Source: Acidobacteriota bacterium (GTDB taxonomy: Bacteria > Acidobacteriota > UBA6911). Taken from it: a DNA stretch of 64,000 nucleotides. The stretch covers positions 5,792,001 through 5,856,000 of the forward strand of contig OY761556.1 in NCBI GenBank assembly GCA_963664705.1, read 5' to 3'. A program made the position numbers and the translations under genes. The notes beneath the pieces are model-generated. The model did no database searches. It saw nothing but the letters and a program-made list of their open reading frames with translations, and was not told where the DNA came from. Shown one piece after another: positions 1 through 9,765 of the stretch (within the stretch, counting starts at the first letter, position 1; each line of letters opens with the position of its first letter).

Positions 1-355
1 ACTATGAGGCTTTAATCCAGGACAGTTTGTTTCACTGTTGTTCAGGACAGTTGATAGATCATAGTTCTATCAGGGTTACCGGCCCATTCGCCAAATTATA
101 AAATATCCCAAGCCTCAGACCCTTGTTGGCGATCAACTTTCGGAAGAATCAGCATCTCCAAATCTGTTAGTGGAGCAGGCGCACTCACAATAATGTTCCT
201 TTTCGGCTGGATGCCTTACTGCAAAATTGCCGGTCGATCATATCAATTTGCAGGTACATTGTGGTATTCCGCTCCAAATGTGGGACCAAACGAAAAGCAA
301 AACGCTGTGTTCCAAAGCACTGTTTAAGAGTTTTCCCGGCAGGAAGCATTTGCAT

Positions 356-1642
356 TCACTTGGTTTGTTTAGGCTTCCATTCCCTGGCTTGCTTCCGGGC
401 TTCTTCTACTTGCCACGGTGTCATCTTCTTGGCAATGGAATCGCATAGATCTGTGGCTTCCTTTTGCCATCGTGCGATTTGGCTTGCTAACAACTCACGA
501 GCATTTGACGGTGCCTTTTCGACTTGGTCACCCGAATTGATGGCAGCCAGTGTCAGCCACATATATGCCTGAATATAGTCCTGTGCGACAACTTTCCCTT
601 CGGCGTATGCCGATCCTAAAGCTAATTGCGAACCGACATTGCCTTCTTCCGCAGTCTTACGCATAAAACGGAATTTTTCGACCGGATCCCAAAGCTGGTC
701 ATAGTCTTTGACCGAGAGAAACCGCAGGGGCATGTTGCGATCAATATCATTTCCGAAGTATGCCGATGGATCAACGCTTGGATCCGAGGAAAATCCAACC
801 TTGTAAATGCTATTGCCTTTTCCGTCCGTCCATTCTTTTAAATTGATAAAGTAGTCGGCTTTTCTGAGCTTGGCCATTTCATATAGACACCTGACTACAA
901 ACATTGTCCTTGGAACGGAAGCGCCAGAAGTAAAACTCACTCTTATGATCGAGAACCTGTCAAATCGTTCGATTTCATCAAGGGCCATGACCAATGCTTT
1001 ACCGTTAATCGTATTGACCTTGTCATTGACTGCATTGTGATACAGGTCTGATGGATTGTTGGATTTTATGGCGCCAGGCTCTTGCAAGGATCTATTTGAA
1101 GGAGAGGATAGGCTGGGATTTTCCTGCCCCAAAGCACCATCCGGCTTCTCGTCAGTCTTGTGAAAATAGAGAATCCTTGGAGGTGAATTTTCTGAAGACG
1201 AGCTGCAACGTATCGAGCTTAAGGTCAGGGTTTTGCCATCATCGGAAAGAGACCATTCCCTTTCTATACAATTCCGCACCTGACCATTTTCCATCCTGAT
1301 TTCCTGGATTACTTTTACGCTTCTTTGCTGCAGCGTGGCCTTGGTTATTTGCAGATCGTTTTTTATGGGGGGCGGTGCTGAAGCGGGCATAGGTTCAACC
1401 TTCTCTTTTCCATCCAGATTAAAGGTTTCGAGTACCCGAGAGGTGCGGATTTGGAATTCACTGCTTTTGTGCAAGATGACATAAGGTGCTGGTTTTTCAC
1501 TCAAAACCGCTCCCTGCATGCCGGATTCCTGAGCGTCGAGCTCCCAGTGGCCGCTGAAGTTGACCGGCTGATCTTCTGCAGAACCCAAACGGGCAAATGC
1601 AAATAAGCTTAGCAATAGAATTGTGCTTTTAACCATCGACAT
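356..1642 (-). CDS. Secreted modular protein with C-terminal Sel1-like repeat
   Basis: 428-aa ORF. N-terminal signal peptide, then a lipocalin-like segment (NFSGHWELD...WSLSDDGKTLTL), and a Sel1 motif near the C-terminus (AEEGNVGSQLALGSAYAEGKVVAQDYIQAYMWLTLAA). Confidence 0.75.
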   Translation of the reverse strand: MSMVKSTILLLSLFAFARLGSAEDQPVNFSGHWELDAQESGMQGAVLSEKPAPYVILHKSSEFQIRTSRVLETFNLDGKEKVEPMPASAPPPIKNDLQITKATLQQRSVKVIQEIRMENGQVRNCIEREWSLSDDGKTLTLSSIRCSSSSENSPPRILYFHKTDEKPDGALGQENPSLSSPSNRSLQEPGAIKSNNPSDLYHNAVNDKVNTINGKALVMALDEIERFDRFSIIRVSFTSGASVPRTMFVVRCLYEMAKLRKADYFINLKEWTDGKGNSIYKVGFSSDPSVDPSAYFGNDIDRNMPLRFLSVKDYDQLWDPVEKFRFMRKTAEEGNVGSQLALGSAYAEGKVVAQDYIQAYMWLTLAAINSGDQVEKAPSNARELLASQIARWQKEATDLCDSIAKKMTPWQVEEARKQAREWKPKQTK

Positions 1643-1950
1643 CCTCCAGTCAAGGCCAGGAATGGCCCACTATCGCATTGATAGGAACCTGCACGATCCA
1701 AAGCTGCGGTCGCTCAGTTTAGGTGATCAGCTTCCATCTGATCATCAGGCAGATGCAATCATTTTTCAAATCGCTGTTTGCCACAATTCCAACACGGTTC
1801 AATGAAGAGGAATTTCTTGCATCCCCGCAATGCGCTAAATCGCAAGCTCAACAGATATGATGTTGGTGTCCAGGATAGCACTGTCAAAGGGCGGGACTGT
1901 TGAATTTGGATGACCAAGTCGGCTCTCCTTATTTGGTATGGCAGCGCTAC

Positions 1951-4182
1951 CTAAAAGGATGGACCAAACGAGAGATAAAACCTGAGCTTTCTGGCCTGAC
2001 CAATACCCGCCGCTATTCGGATAGGGCCTAGCATGGTGTCAAAAGCAAAGCCGATTGCTCCCCCGTGCACTGTTTCATAATGCATGCTGATTCCGGGCTT
2101 GACTCCTATTTCCGCCAGATTGTATTCCACAGACAAGTAGCCTTTTCTTACAAATCCCAAGGGGTCCAGCGAGAATAGTTGGGGACGATACGTTAGGCTG
2201 GCTATTGCCATATTTGGACTGACAAGTTCATCCCGCTCAAAGCCGACAAGGCGGTACGTGGAATCATCATAGCTTCCATATCCTCCTATATAGGCGTTTT
2301 CGAAAATGGGAAGGTTTGAGCCGGAATGGAATGTTGCCAGACGCAAGGTAAATGTATTCCGGCAATTTGGAGAGAAGTGCTTTTGCACTTCGCCCTGGAG
2401 GATGCTGTGTTGCAGATCCGCCCCAAGCTTCGGTATACGGCTATCAATTTGGAAGTTCATGCGCATTCCAGAACGAGCGAACTCCTGAGCATCGAGCGTA
2501 TCGCGCCGAATATTCAATCGCAGTCCGCTCAAATTGGTGTTTTTGGTTGAAGAATTGGAGGCCGCTTCCGGAACAAACTTCTCGGCCTCAAACCGATAAC
2601 CTGCTGAAATTTCAAGAGACCGGGACAATCGCGTCCCGAACATCAGCTGTGCACTGTGACGCTTGTCAAGATAGGTTTCTTTGCCTTCCAAAGTCCTGAC
2701 AAAACGCTCTCGCCTAGACGTTTGTACCTGTGGTTCGATAAAGAGAAAGGGAAGCTTGGGATGAATTAATCTAAGCGCAGCCATCTGATAGCCTGTTTCT
2801 CCGAACTTAGCCGATAGTGTGCCATAGGAAGTAGTCCCGAAAAGGTTGTGGCCCGTGAATTCGATTAATCCCTGAACGTTATATTCTTGGTCGTATCGCA
2901 AGCTTGCGCCAAGGGTATTCAGGGACGACTCGGCTAATAGAAATACAAGTTTACAGTGATGGGTTTCTATAGGCCGGCATTCATAATCCACATTATCGAA
3001 CATACCGGTGGCATATAGATTCTGGGTATCAACGCTGAGTTTTCGTGGATCAATAGTGTCGCCGGGCCTGGATTTGACCTGACGAAGATAATAGGAATGG
3101 AGGGATTTATTGAAATGCCTTGACGAGGAGGCAGTCTCGAAAGCAATCGAATCAATAACAGGATCATTTGTGGCAGAAGGTGTTCTTTCGCGAACCGAAA
3201 CACTCTCCCCGATCAATGCCCGGATTTCACTAATCCGAGCTTCCGCAGCTGCCTCCCCGCGAGCGATGATGGCGCGTATTTGTGAATAGCTTGTGTGCTT
3301 ATATCCATCCAGTCGGGGCTGCACGACTATCTGAGCATATTGGTAATGCGGTTTCACAGTCTGCTTGGTGATCAGGCCGAGAGACTGATCAACCACGTTA
3401 TAGAAATTGCTAACTTCTTCATAGGCCAAATCAGGGGATGTGACATCAACGCCGATCACGATGTCGGCGCCCATTTGCGCCGGAATATCTGTCGGGAGCT
3501 GGTTGGAAAGACCGCCGTCCACCAAATGCAAGCCGTTCTTGGCAACCGTTGTAAAAAATATGGGCTGTGAAATGGATGCACGGATTGCCTCACTCAGCCG
3601 ACCGTTTCTGAAAATATAGGGTGCGCCCGTTGACAGATCGGTTGCTATGGCACGAAACGGTATCGGTAGGCGATCGAAATCATAGTGGGCTGAATAGATG
3701 GCTTTGAATGTCCACTCATTCAGCAATTCAGTCAGTTTCTGCCCGCGCAGAAGACCCGTTGGCAGATTGGGGCTAAGCCCTTTCAGATCGAGCCGGACCA
3801 GTTGGCGCAAGTTGCGGTCCTGAACAAGCGGCGCTCGCGTCCGCTCAGGCTGATTTCTGAAAATATCTTGCCAGTGACCTAGTATAAGAGTCTCAATCTC
3901 ATCGGCCGAGTACCCGGCCGAGTACAATCCTCCCACAATTGCCCCAAAGCTGGTGCCCGCGATGCAATCAACCCTGATCCCTTCCCGCTCGAGCACCTTG
4001 AGAACACCGATTTCCGCAGCTCCTCTCGCACCGCCTCCACTAAGCGCAAGACCGATGCGCGGCCTGTTTTGGTCCGCTTTCTCCGCACAAAGCACTGGGG
4101 TCAAAAATATCTGCATGACCATAAGCACTGCCAGAACCAAAAATGCCCCGCATTGAGAAAAAGCCAGCATGATGTCTCCCAA
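1951..4182 (-). CDS. Patatin-like phospholipase with POTRA and Omp85/BamA-type beta-barrel (PlpD-like)
   Basis: Patatin motifs GGGARG, GTSFG and DGG. POTRA-like segment (LYATGMFDNVDY). Amphipathic C-terminal strands ending in Phe (FYLSFGPSF). Signal peptide. Confidence 0.88.
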   Translation of the reverse strand: MGDIMLAFSQCGAFLVLAVLMVMQIFLTPVLCAEKADQNRPRIGLALSGGGARGAAEIGVLKVLEREGIRVDCIAGTSFGAIVGGLYSAGYSADEIETLILGHWQDIFRNQPERTRAPLVQDRNLRQLVRLDLKGLSPNLPTGLLRGQKLTELLNEWTFKAIYSAHYDFDRLPIPFRAIATDLSTGAPYIFRNGRLSEAIRASISQPIFFTTVAKNGLHLVDGGLSNQLPTDIPAQMGADIVIGVDVTSPDLAYEEVSNFYNVVDQSLGLITKQTVKPHYQYAQIVVQPRLDGYKHTSYSQIRAIIARGEAAAEARISEIRALIGESVSVRERTPSATNDPVIDSIAFETASSSRHFNKSLHSYYLRQVKSRPGDTIDPRKLSVDTQNLYATGMFDNVDYECRPIETHHCKLVFLLAESSLNTLGASLRYDQEYNVQGLIEFTGHNLFGTTSYGTLSAKFGETGYQMAALRLIHPKLPFLFIEPQVQTSRRERFVRTLEGKETYLDKRHSAQLMFGTRLSRSLEISAGYRFEAEKFVPEAASNSSTKNTNLSGLRLNIRRDTLDAQEFARSGMRMNFQIDSRIPKLGADLQHSILQGEVQKHFSPNCRNTFTLRLATFHSGSNLPIFENAYIGGYGSYDDSTYRLVGFERDELVSPNMAIASLTYRPQLFSLDPLGFVRKGYLSVEYNLAEIGVKPGISMHYETVHGGAIGFAFDTMLGPIRIAAGIGQARKLRFYLSFGPSF

Positions 4183-4421
4183 ATCCCCGAATTTGTTTTC
4201 TATAACAAGAGACTGCGAAAAGTTAGGAAATTAGACAATCAACCCACTAGTCCCGTAGGGAAAACGATAGAGAGATTGAATAATTCCATACCGTCTGCAT
4301 TGGGTTTTGCCTAATATGGAATGCAATTCGAACCCAAAGCACCTAACCGAAGGGAGCCCTTTCTTTATTTTGTTGTCCACCGGGGCTTTCATTTGCAGTC
4401 TGATTATTGTGAGGCAAAGCT

Positions 4422-5045
4422 ATGAGTCAGGATCCGGCTGAAACTCAGGGTCTTCTGGAACAAGCCAAGACAGGCGATCATTCTGCTTTTGAGGAACTTT
4501 TTAATCGGCACCGGGGGCGGCTGCAAAAGGCTATAGCCATTCGGATGGACCGACGCATTGCGGCGCGTGTGGATGCATCGGATATTCTACAGGAAACCTA
4601 CCTCGAGGCATTCAAGAGACTCCCAAGATATCTTCAACAGGAGGGGATGCCTTTTTACCTTTGGCTCCACTGGATTGCCCGGGAAAAGGTGCTGGGGTTG
4701 CACCGTCGACACCTGGGCGCGGATAAGCGCGCAGTTCAGCGCGAGGTGCCGCTAATGCCGGCGGACAGTTCCGTGGAATTCGTGAGCGGCATGATCGGCC
4801 GCGGACCATCGCCAAGTCAGGAGTTGGCTAAAGCCGAGCTCGCGGAACAACTGAGCAAGGCATTGGGACAACTCGATGATGATGAACGCGACCTGATCCT
4901 CTGGCGGCATTTCGAACAACTAAGTGCGCGCGACACGGCACAGCTTCTCCAGATATCCGAAGCCGCTGCCGCCAAGCGATACATTCGGGCTGTCGAGAGG
5001 CTACGCACGCTTTTGATCGGACTTGGAGTCTCCGGCCCTCGGTAG
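4422..5045 (+). CDS. ECF sigma-70 factor (Planctomycete-type, kinase-associated)
   Basis: Region 2 RVDASDILQETYLEA...FYLWL and region 4 LILWRHFEQLSARDTAQLLQISEAAAAKRYIRA. Lies directly upstream of a Ser/Thr kinase. Confidence 0.9.
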   Translation: MSQDPAETQGLLEQAKTGDHSAFEELFNRHRGRLQKAIAIRMDRRIAARVDASDILQETYLEAFKRLPRYLQQEGMPFYLWLHWIAREKVLGLHRRHLGADKRAVQREVPLMPADSSVEFVSGMIGRGPSPSQELAKAELAEQLSKALGQLDDDERDLILWRHFEQLSARDTAQLLQISEAAAAKRYIRAVERLRTLLIGLGVSGPR

Positions 5046-5181
5046 CTTTAGATTCATTTTTACTGCGTATGGAAGTTGAAAGCCTTTGAATCTCGAAGGA
5101 TCAAGGAGTAACTAGAGGCGAACGCTCTACTTCTACTCTTTCATTCCCCTAGGGTTCATTACGGAAAGGCGGGATGGCGGT

Positions 5182-8100
5182 ATGAATGAAGACTCCTTGC
5201 TTGGGCAATTAGTTGATGAATTCACAAGTAGAGTCCGGGAAGGGAAGCCGCCGGACGTTGAGGAATATGTCAATCGCTATCCCCAATTGGCCGGCCGCAT
5301 ACGGGAGCTGTTCCCAACGTTGATGCTTCTTGAGGGTATAGGCGTTACCCGCTGTGGCACTGCAACCCAAGCTATGGCGTCTCCGCTCTCTGAAAACTCG
5401 GTTTTTGGCAGCTACCATATAAAGCGGGAGATTGGCCGGGGAGGTATGGGGATCGTCTATGAAGCGGTCCATGCGCTTCTTGAAAAGAAAGTTGCTTTGA
5501 AGGTTCTGCCGGTCGGGACTCTCGCGGGCGCGGATCAACTTGAGCGTTTTTTCCGCGAAGCAAGGATGGCTGCCGGGTTGCACCATACAAATATCGTATC
5601 GGTGTTCGATGTGGGACAGGTTGCCGGAACACCCTATTATGCAATGCAGTACATCGAAGGCAGCAGCCTCGATCAGATTTTGCACATAATGCAATCGGCT
5701 TCAGGGCAGGACGCTGTAGATCCATCCGCACGCATTCAAGCCGGGTTGCCAGGCAGCGCCGAAGATTATTTCAGCTGGGTTTCAGGAATAGGAATGCAGG
5801 CCGCAGAAGGTTTGGCATATGCGCATGAGCGCAAAATCATCCACCGCGACATCAAACCCTCAAATCTATTGCTCGACAATCAAGGGGTGCTCTGGATCGC
5901 CGACTTCGGACTTGCCAGGAAGATCGAAGACCCGGCAATGACACAGAGCGGCGTAATGCTGGGGACTCCTCGCTACATGAGCCCCGAACAGGCCGAATCC
6001 ACCAGGCGCACCGTCGACCAACGCAGCGACATTTATAGTCTAGGAGCAACCCTCTATGAGCTTCTGACCTGCCGACCGGTATTTGAAGGAAAGACTCCGC
6101 AGGAAGTGTTGTCGCAAATCGTCACTCGCGAACCGGTTGCGCCGAGGCGGCTGAACCCGGATATCCCCGCTGATTTAGCGATCATTGTTATGAAAGCCAT
6201 GGCCAAGCGTCCGGACGATCGATACCAATCGGCTCGTGATTTGGCAGATGATCTCGAGCACTGGCGGAAAATGGAGCCGATCAACGCCCGGCCGATCGGA
6301 CCCTTCGGACGCACAATCCGCTGGTGCCGTCGCAATCCACGGGTGTCGGCGATAACGGCTGCTGCCATTGCTGTCATTGTTCTTCTCACCGGCATTTATA
6401 TTGCAGGCATGACAAAGAAAAACCGGGAGATTCAAGCGGCTCTCTCCCGCGCCGAACTGGGCACAGCCGCGGTACAGGCAGCGCTCCGGGATGACTCCCA
6501 AGCGTACATTAGACGAGCTACCGAGATTGCCAGACTCGACCAGGTAATGCATGGATCCGAAAATATCGAATTATTGCCGCAGGCCGTCAACGATTTATTA
6601 ATCATTCAGTTCTCTCAAAAAAAGGAATCACCTGAAATTAGACAGGTTTTGGCCGAATCGGAAAAGCGGGCGCTTGAGATGGCAAGACGCGCTGTGGACG
6701 TGCATGATGCCAGGTTCGTGGAATCGATCGGTCTTCTGGGTGAGTACTTCGAAGGCAAAAATGATTTACATCAGGCAGAGTGGCTATACCGCCAAGCGCT
6801 CGCGCTCGCAAGGCCGCTCCCAGAAAATCGGGGAGTCATCGAGAGATTAACCAATAAGATGAAATCGTTGTCGGAGAAACGGGTGGAGCTTTTGCAGAAA
6901 GAGGCTGAATCTGCCCTAAATTCTGGAGAGATTGCAAAGGCTGGAACCATATATCGCGAGGCACTCAAAATCCGTCGCGAGATCTCGGGTGGAGAGGATA
7001 TCCGAGATGTGATACTGGAACGGAATCTCGGTTCGGCTCTTGTGGAGTCAGGTCAACTCGAAGAAGGCGAGAAGGTTCTACGCAACAACTATCGATTATG
7101 CCTGACCAAGCTGGGCAAAGATAATCCCTCGACTCAAATGGTCGTGCGGAGCCTGATCTCGCTCTATGCCACCTGGAAAAAACAGCCTGAGAAGATTGCC
7201 GAATATTGCGCTGCCCTGCCTCATCCTGAAATAGTCAGCATAAAGGAATTGGGTGCGCAATCCTTTACTGAATCCGGAGAGGGACCATTCAGTGCTGCGT
7301 GGAATGGAAAGCAGGTCTGGGCTCTTGGGAATACGGCCGGACCGGGGACGACATCCAGCAGTTGGCTATGGAATGATGCCGGCCAAAAAGGAGATAAGCT
7401 AGGACCCTGGCGCCAGCGCAAGGACGAGCATGGACGGAGCCTATCACTGTTGCCTCTCACGGCAGACGAGGATGAATTCAACCGTGCCCGCGCCGATACT
7501 CGCTGCCGCGAAAACTGCCAGGAGTACTGGAACATAACGCCTGGTCCGATAATTCCTCTTCCTGGAAATAAGGGCGCACTGCTTTTTTACGGCAAAAACT
7601 TTATTCGTCCAGGCGATATCTTCAAGAATAGATCCACCGTGGGGACCTCAATTGCGATTTGGAAGGATCCCACTGCTCCGGCCGCCCGCAAGGATCTCAG
7701 ACCTGGGGCACCTGAGCCAACGCTTTTGTTTCAGCAGCCGGAGCCTTCAATCGGCATCCAGGCGTTTGCCTGGGCAAACTACCTGTATGCCTACGGCCGG
7801 ACTCCTGATCAGGGCGATCAGCTGATCGTCGCTCGCGCTCCCCTGGACGAAGCTCTTCAGCGAGGCGCCTGGCGTTTCTATTCCGGATACGGCCGATGGT
7901 CGGAGGCATGGCAGGAGGCAGTGCCCGTAATGAAGGGTTATCGTGGATCAATAGACTGGAACTGGTATTTAGGAAAATTGGTCCGGGTGTCGAACCATTT
8001 CCCATCTGATAACATGCTTTCCATCAGTACTTCAGATCGGCCCGAAGGACCTTGGTCCCAGTCTCAGGATATTCCATTAGGCCATAGACCAGACTCAAGG

Positions 8101-8226
8101 ATCAATTATCCATTGGCACATTCTGAATTGTCAGAAGAACGCGGACGAGTGCAGTATGTGACATATCAGCTCGAAACCGGCCTTTTCAAAACCGAAACCC
8201 GCTTTGTCGAGATCGTTTTCAAGTGA
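5182..8226 (+). CDS. Membrane Ser/Thr protein kinase with TPR-like region and C-terminal DUF4185-like beta-propeller
   Basis: Hanks motifs IGRGGMGIVY, VALKVL, HRDIKPSN, DFGLA, GTPRYMSPEQ. TM segment VSAITAAAIAVIVLLTGIYIAGM. TPR-like helices. C-terminal WALGNT...YLYAYG...VARAP...WRFY...PEGPWS...YPLAH resembles DUF4185. Confidence 0.85.
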   Translation: MNEDSLLGQLVDEFTSRVREGKPPDVEEYVNRYPQLAGRIRELFPTLMLLEGIGVTRCGTATQAMASPLSENSVFGSYHIKREIGRGGMGIVYEAVHALLEKKVALKVLPVGTLAGADQLERFFREARMAAGLHHTNIVSVFDVGQVAGTPYYAMQYIEGSSLDQILHIMQSASGQDAVDPSARIQAGLPGSAEDYFSWVSGIGMQAAEGLAYAHERKIIHRDIKPSNLLLDNQGVLWIADFGLARKIEDPAMTQSGVMLGTPRYMSPEQAESTRRTVDQRSDIYSLGATLYELLTCRPVFEGKTPQEVLSQIVTREPVAPRRLNPDIPADLAIIVMKAMAKRPDDRYQSARDLADDLEHWRKMEPINARPIGPFGRTIRWCRRNPRVSAITAAAIAVIVLLTGIYIAGMTKKNREIQAALSRAELGTAAVQAALRDDSQAYIRRATEIARLDQVMHGSENIELLPQAVNDLLIIQFSQKKESPEIRQVLAESEKRALEMARRAVDVHDARFVESIGLLGEYFEGKNDLHQAEWLYRQALALARPLPENRGVIERLTNKMKSLSEKRVELLQKEAESALNSGEIAKAGTIYREALKIRREISGGEDIRDVILERNLGSALVESGQLEEGEKVLRNNYRLCLTKLGKDNPSTQMVVRSLISLYATWKKQPEKIAEYCAALPHPEIVSIKELGAQSFTESGEGPFSAAWNGKQVWALGNTAGPGTTSSSWLWNDAGQKGDKLGPWRQRKDEHGRSLSLLPLTADEDEFNRARADTRCRENCQEYWNITPGPIIPLPGNKGALLFYGKNFIRPGDIFKNRSTVGTSIAIWKDPTAPAARKDLRPGAPEPTLLFQQPEPSIGIQAFAWANYLYAYGRTPDQGDQLIVARAPLDEALQRGAWRFYSGYGRWSEAWQEAVPVMKGYRGSIDWNWYLGKLVRVSNHFPSDNMLSISTSDRPEGPWSQSQDIPLGHRPDSRINYPLAHSELSEERGRVQYVTYQLETGLFKTETRFVEIVFK

Positions 8227-8389
8227 ATTTTTATATTCCTCAGTTCATCTTTGCAAAAAGAGCTGGAATTCAAGTTTGCCGGACAATGTCCAATTTACGC
8301 CGGGACTGCAGTTACGTGGGCAGGTACGCCAAAGCCCAAGGATTTACGATTACACATGATGGGCGGTCCGCGGTTCTCGATATGTCCGA

Positions 8390-8576
8390 GAGACATCAGA
8401 TCGAATTTCGAGCCGAGGCCTTCAACGTCACAAATAGCTTGCGCCTGGGCAATCCGGATACAAACTTGAGCAGTGGGACCTTCGGCAAGATTACCTCAAG
8501 TGCAAATCCTCAGGGCCTTCAGACTGGTAACAATGGCGGCAGGGTCATGCAGTTTGCTTTGAAGTATATTTTTTAG
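8390..8576 (+). pseudogene. Remnant of the C-terminus of an Acidobacteria-type (Oar-like) TonB-dependent receptor
   Basis: ERHQIEFRAEAFNVTNSLRLGNPDTNLSSGTFGKITSS...GRVMQFALKYIF* is the typical end of these ~1000-aa receptors. Only about 60 codons remain. Confidence 0.75.
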
Positions 8577-8587
8577 GGGAAAACTTC

Positions 8588-8686
8588 AGCTTGAAAAAAC
8601 GTCACTAATTTCGCGGATGGTAACGAATGGCTTCCAGACCAGCCCCGCAACATTTGTGTCAATTCGTGGAATTAGTGGCGTTTTTC
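8588..8686. repeat. Palindromic REP/MITE-like element, copy 1
   Basis: Inverted ends AAAAACGTCACTAATT ... AATTAGTGGCGTTTTT. The core ACGAATGGCTTCC..CCCCGCAACATT is shared with the copy at 59589-59686. Confidence 0.8.
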
Positions 8687-9610
8687 GCAGCCGGGTTTTC
8701 GCAGTGGTTGGAGTTTGTTCGCCGTTTCCTTCAACAAATCCCTTAGCCAAATATGCCCTGGGTCCTGGTCCTGATAACGATGCCACTGAAGGCACTGGGT
8801 AACTTTTGGAATGTCAAAAGGAGGGGGAATTAGCCTCAGAGGCAGGTGTTGTGCGCAAAGCCGGGCTATTCGGCTCACAACCGTTGTTATTCTGTTGGTT
8901 CCCACAACCAGCCGGCACGCAGATTCGAAATCCTGTGTAATGACTTCTATTTTTCTTGTCTCTCCGTAATGTGTTGCATACCACTCTTCAAAAATTGCCT
9001 GAGCCGTCCCGAAATGAACCGCGATGTGGCCCATGTTGACGAACTGGCTTGAGGAAATTCTGTTTCCAACTATCGGGTTGTCGCGCCACACCACACAGGT
9101 GTGGGTATCTTCGAAGAGCGGTTCCTTCGGATGCGCCCTCAAGGCATGAATGGATGGACGGACAAAGAAATCGATGCCGCCCTTCTCCAGTTTCTGTTCG
9201 ATGTGCTCATCAAGCCGCACAAGTTCAAATCTGATTCCGGGCGCCTTCCGCGCAGCTTCCTGCATGGCCTGAGGCATCAAAACAGCGGTCACATAGTCGG
9301 ATACGGCAAGGCAGAATTTCCGGTCGGAAGCAGCCGGATCGAATGCCGCTTTCGAAGCGACGGTGTGCTGGATCTGCATCAGGCAACTTCTTACCGGCTG
9401 CACAAGGCTTTCCGCCAGCGGCGTCAGGACCATTCTGCGCCCCGCGGGAGCCAACAATTCATTTCCGAAGTACTTTCGAAGGCGCGAGAGGATTATGCTG
9501 GTCGCCGGCTGACTTAAATGGAGCCGCTCGCCGGCGCGCGTGACACTCTTTTCCGTCAACAAGGCATCCAGTGCTACAAGCAACCCGATATCGAAATTGT
9601 CCAGATCCAT
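8672..9610 (-). CDS. LysR-family regulator, NodD/FdeR-like
   Basis: HTH LLVALDALLTEKSVTRAGERLHLSQPATS and NodD-like LRKYFGNELL...FDPAASDRKF..SDY; C-terminal LQWH...DPGHIWLR. Divergent from the PhlG operon. Confidence 0.9.
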   Translation of the reverse strand: MDLDNFDIGLLVALDALLTEKSVTRAGERLHLSQPATSIILSRLRKYFGNELLAPAGRRMVLTPLAESLVQPVRSCLMQIQHTVASKAAFDPAASDRKFCLAVSDYVTAVLMPQAMQEAARKAPGIRFELVRLDEHIEQKLEKGGIDFFVRPSIHALRAHPKEPLFEDTHTCVVWRDNPIVGNRISSSQFVNMGHIAVHFGTAQAIFEEWYATHYGETRKIEVITQDFESACRLVVGTNRITTVVSRIARLCAQHLPLRLIPPPFDIPKVTQCLQWHRYQDQDPGHIWLRDLLKETANKLQPLRKPGCEKRH

Positions 9611-9619
9611 AAGGCCTCA

Positions 9620-9680
9620 GGTATTTAAGGTTTTAATTACAATACATATGAAATATCTATTCCACAAATGGAAAAAATTC
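9620..9680. promoter_or_regulatory. AT-rich divergent promoter region with candidate LysR box
   Basis: Very AT-rich spacer between lysR and the hydrolase gene, containing the inverted repeat TTCCA-CAAA-TGGAA (9661-9674). Confidence 0.4.
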
Positions 9681-9765
9681 ATGTACATTCGCATTGTGGG
9701 CAATTCCAGTTTCAGCCAGGAAGAATGGAATACTGCCCGTCAATCAGCAAATCGGGAGTTATCCA

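Noticed and set aside
1-230. Possible minus-strand coding remnant (…IVSAPAPLTDLEMLILPKVDRQQGSEAWDIL…)
   Set aside because: Several in-frame stops and no family I can recognise.
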